A stretch of DNA of 64,000 nucleotides, taken from Gammaproteobacteria bacterium. Its GTDB lineage: Bacteria > Pseudomonadota > Gammaproteobacteria > GCA-001735895. A model generated the notes under the pieces. The model was not told where the DNA came from, made no database searches, and saw only the letters and a list, made by a program, of their open reading frames with translations. The stretch lies in contig JAUVCH010000003.1 in NCBI GenBank assembly GCA_030595795.1, positions 1,173 to 65,172 on the forward strand, given 5' to 3'. The number at the start of each line of letters is the position of its first letter. The first letter of the stretch is position 1. Made by a program: the position numbers and the translations under genes. Shown in pieces: positions 62,937 through 64,000 of the stretch.

Positions 62937-63010
62937 GGTATTAAAAAATCAGGAAGACGTCAGAAGCTTCTATAAAAACGATAACCAAAATAAAGTGAGG
63001 AAGAAGAATC

Positions 63011-63994
63011 GTGCACCCTGTTATTACTACAGTATTACAACGGCTGGCTCTTGGTCTTCTCACGCTATTCGTGGTGTCGTTGATTATTTTCAGTTCTATC
63101 GAGTTCCTGCCGGGCGATTTCGGTGAAGCTATTCTTGGACAGGCTGCTTTACCCGAAACCGTTGCAGCATTTCGAAAAGAACTCGGTCTCGACCTGCCAT
63201 TGCATGAACGCTATTTAGAGTGGGTAGGCGGCGTAATAACTGGTGATCTAGGCAATTCCTTTTCGGGTCGTGGCTCCTCTGGTGGTGCTGACCGATCACG
63301 ACCGGTTATAGATTTAATCGCACCACGATTGGGCAACACACTTTTCCTCGCCGGTATGGCGGCAATTATCGCGGTACCACTGGCACTGTTTCTCGGCATT
63401 ACCGCTGCACTATACCGAGGTTCGATTTATGATCGAGTGGTTAATGCATTAACCCTGACTACGATATCTTTCCCTGAATTCTTCGTGGCTTATATACTTA
63501 TATTATTTTTTTCTTCGTTCTTTAAAGTTTTCCCCTCGCTGGCCAATATCGATCCGAGCGCTGATTTCTGGGAGCGAGTATATTTATCGGCATTACCCGC
63601 GATTACGCTAACTCTGGTGATTGTCGCCCACATGATGCGGATGACACGAGCCGCGATCATCAACCTGATGGCCAGCCCCTATATCGAAATGGCCGACCTG
63701 AAAGGCGTCTCTAAGTCGAAGATTATTATTTATCACGCTCTGCCGAACGCCTGGGCACCCATTGTCAACGTTATCGCCTTTAATCTGGCTTATCTGGTCG
63801 TCGGTGTAGTCGTCGTCGAAGTGGTATTCGTCTATCCCGGCGTTGGCCAGCTCATGGTTGACGCAGTCACCACACGAGATGTACCTGTGGTTCAGGCCTG
63901 CGCCTTGATTTTTGCAATTACCTATATAATGCTCAATTTATTTGCCGATATTATTTCCATTATCACCAACCCAAGACTGTTACACCCACGATGA
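63011..63994 (+). CDS. ABC transporter permease (DppB-like)
   Basis: 327 aa with a GTG start. It is a paralogue of 51380-52330 (YIEMADLKGVSKSKIIIYHAL; C-terminal ITNPRLLHPR). Its stop overlaps an ATG (ATGA at 63991-63994) that presumably starts the second permease, which runs off the window. Confidence 0.9.
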   Translation: MHPVITTVLQRLALGLLTLFVVSLIIFSSIEFLPGDFGEAILGQAALPETVAAFRKELGLDLPLHERYLEWVGGVITGDLGNSFSGRGSSGGADRSRPVIDLIAPRLGNTLFLAGMAAIIAVPLALFLGITAALYRGSIYDRVVNALTLTTISFPEFFVAYILILFFSSFFKVFPSLANIDPSADFWERVYLSALPAITLTLVIVAHMMRMTRAAIINLMASPYIEMADLKGVSKSKIIIYHALPNAWAPIVNVIAFNLAYLVVGVVVVEVVFVYPGVGQLMVDAVTTRDVPVVQACALIFAITYIMLNLFADIISIITNPRLLHPR

Positions 63995-64000
63995 GAATCA

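Noticed and set aside
1-64000. CRISPR arrays, retron/DGR reverse transcriptases, restriction-modification systems, CBASS/Thoeris-type defence operons and prophage genes.
   Set aside because: Reading the intergenic DNA, I found no regularly spaced direct-repeat array. No ORF has RT, Cas, nuclease-helicase, cyclase-effector, integrase or phage structural signatures. The only toxin-antitoxin-like locus, at 25259-25636, is degraded.

Overview
This is a dense chromosomal window of about 60 genes. It looks gammaproteobacterial, because it carries the E. coli-like synteny blocks yaaA, mltF-tadA and guaBA divergent from xseA. Base composition is moderate, and all composition statements below are by-eye judgements, not computed values.

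Content is dominated by solute transport and small-molecule catabolism. The transporters are one TctABC tripartite system, two Dpp/Gsi-type ABC importers, four MFS transporters, one MATE, one EamA, AzlCD and a partial AEC transporter.

I see no CRISPR array, no intact IS element, integrase or prophage, and no recognisable canonical defence system.

The most interesting material falls into four groups:
1. A BetI-like repressor sits next to a TMADH-family flavoprotein and a non-pyrrolysine MttB-family methyltransferase (56.9-61.1 kb). The flavoprotein appears to lack the FMN-anchoring Cys, and no corrinoid partner gene is visible. ABC importers flank the module.
2. A tightly coupled five-gene operon (9.05-14.6 kb) encodes two-subunit aconitase X, a TauD-family dioxygenase, an M81(MlrC)::GNAT fusion and a methyltransferase. 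Its substrate is unknown.
3. A proline-betaine/hydroxyproline-type catabolic neighbourhood lies at 30.2-38.3 kb, and a SauS/SauT-like CoA-ligase plus acylating-dehydrogenase pair sits next to TauE and TctABC at 1.7-9.0 kb.
4. Several decay and mobility scars are present:
   - a partial duplicate of the tRNA-Ser 3' end next to a GC-rich gene fragment;
   - a degraded vapBC pair;
   - a 174-bp MITE-like element with perfect 19-bp terminal inverted repeats;
   - an IS91-family transposase relic;
   - a frameshifted SnoaL-like gene;
   - a modular 64-87 bp repeat present in inverted orientation at 15.5 kb and 41.7 kb.

All family assignments come from reading the translations and recalling motifs. 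None has been verified by a database search.
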